DNA from: Anthoceros angustus
Taxonomy: Eukaryota > Plantae > Anthocerotophyta
Reading direction: 5' to 3'
Assembly: GCA_010909165.1 (NCBI GenBank)
Contig: MU008178.1
Location: forward strand, 260,369 to 324,368
Length of the DNA: 64,000 nt
The translations under genes and the position numbers were made by a program. The notes beneath the pieces are model-generated. The model was given only the letters and a program-made list of their open reading frames with translations, did no database searches and was not told the DNA's origin. Of this stretch, positions 63,706-64,000 are shown piece after piece. The first letter of the stretch is position 1, and each line of letters starts with the position of its first letter.

Positions 63706-64000
63706 TTTCTTACATCTTCTCTCCAACCACCTCATCCGCAAGGACCTCAAATTAAGATACCTTCGTCTCACTTGGTCCCCATTTCAAAAGGAGGAGTTTT
63801 GTGTCAATCCTCCTTTTGGTTTCTCGACTGTGCCGCTATCAACTTAGTTCTCTTCTTTCCTTCAAACTCCAGAACTCAATTTAGTTAATTGTTAGCTCGC
63901 ATCACCTCGGGATTGAGGCGGGTGCGGCATGAAAGGCGTTCTTAGACGGCCGATTGATTACTGGCGGCTAGGGCTCCTCTTACCAAGATGGGCTGTTAAT

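Larger units (their letters stand above)
23959..64000. repeat. Tandem array of a ~4.2-kb unit [spacer - neprosin-like gene (+) - intergenic - DHU1 3' fragment (-)], truncated by the window end
   Basis: Candidate start codons at 25716, 29937, 34147, 38384, 42594, 50927, 55168, 60568 give spacings 4221, 4210, 4237, 4210, 8333, 4241, 5400. The two longer gaps contain partial or rearranged units. Confidence 0.97.

Noticed and set aside
23959-64000. Array as CRISPR, rDNA or satellite
   Set aside because: No short repeat-spacer structure and no rRNA sequence; the unit is a protein-gene segment.

Overview
Eukaryotic, gene-dense land-plant DNA: short introns and GC3-rich genes, consistent with a compact non-seed-plant genome such as a hornwort or Selaginella. 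The species cannot be determined from sequence alone. 1-7.8 kb holds decayed retroelement fragments (Gag remnant, Ty1/copia RT-RNase H, a second RNase H-like remnant). 8.7-17.1 kb is a tightly packed four-gene block (ALIX/BRO1, plastid 3-dehydroquinate synthase, red chlorophyll catabolite reductase, a UCP012943-like plant protein) bracketed by a ~210-240 bp inverted repeat. 19.5-22.8 kb is an LRR+WD40 gene resembling Arabidopsis DHU1. From ~24 kb to the window end is a ~4.2-kb tandem array, inverted relative to the DHU1-like gene. Each unit carries a secreted neprosin-family (glutamic peptidase G3) gene and an antisense copy of the last four DHU1-like exons: 8 full and 3 partial neprosin copies are visible, and the array runs off the edge. 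In every copy the two catalytic glutamates are replaced (IEAGW->VDIGW, WGGE->WGGN). Differences between copies cluster at CG/CHG sites, which looks like methylation-linked long-read errors, so the coding status and exact architecture of the array need re-sequencing. Best candidates for new biology: the amplified pseudo-neprosin/antisense-DHU1 array, and a possible in-frame spliced DHQS-RCCR fusion across a 116-bp gap.
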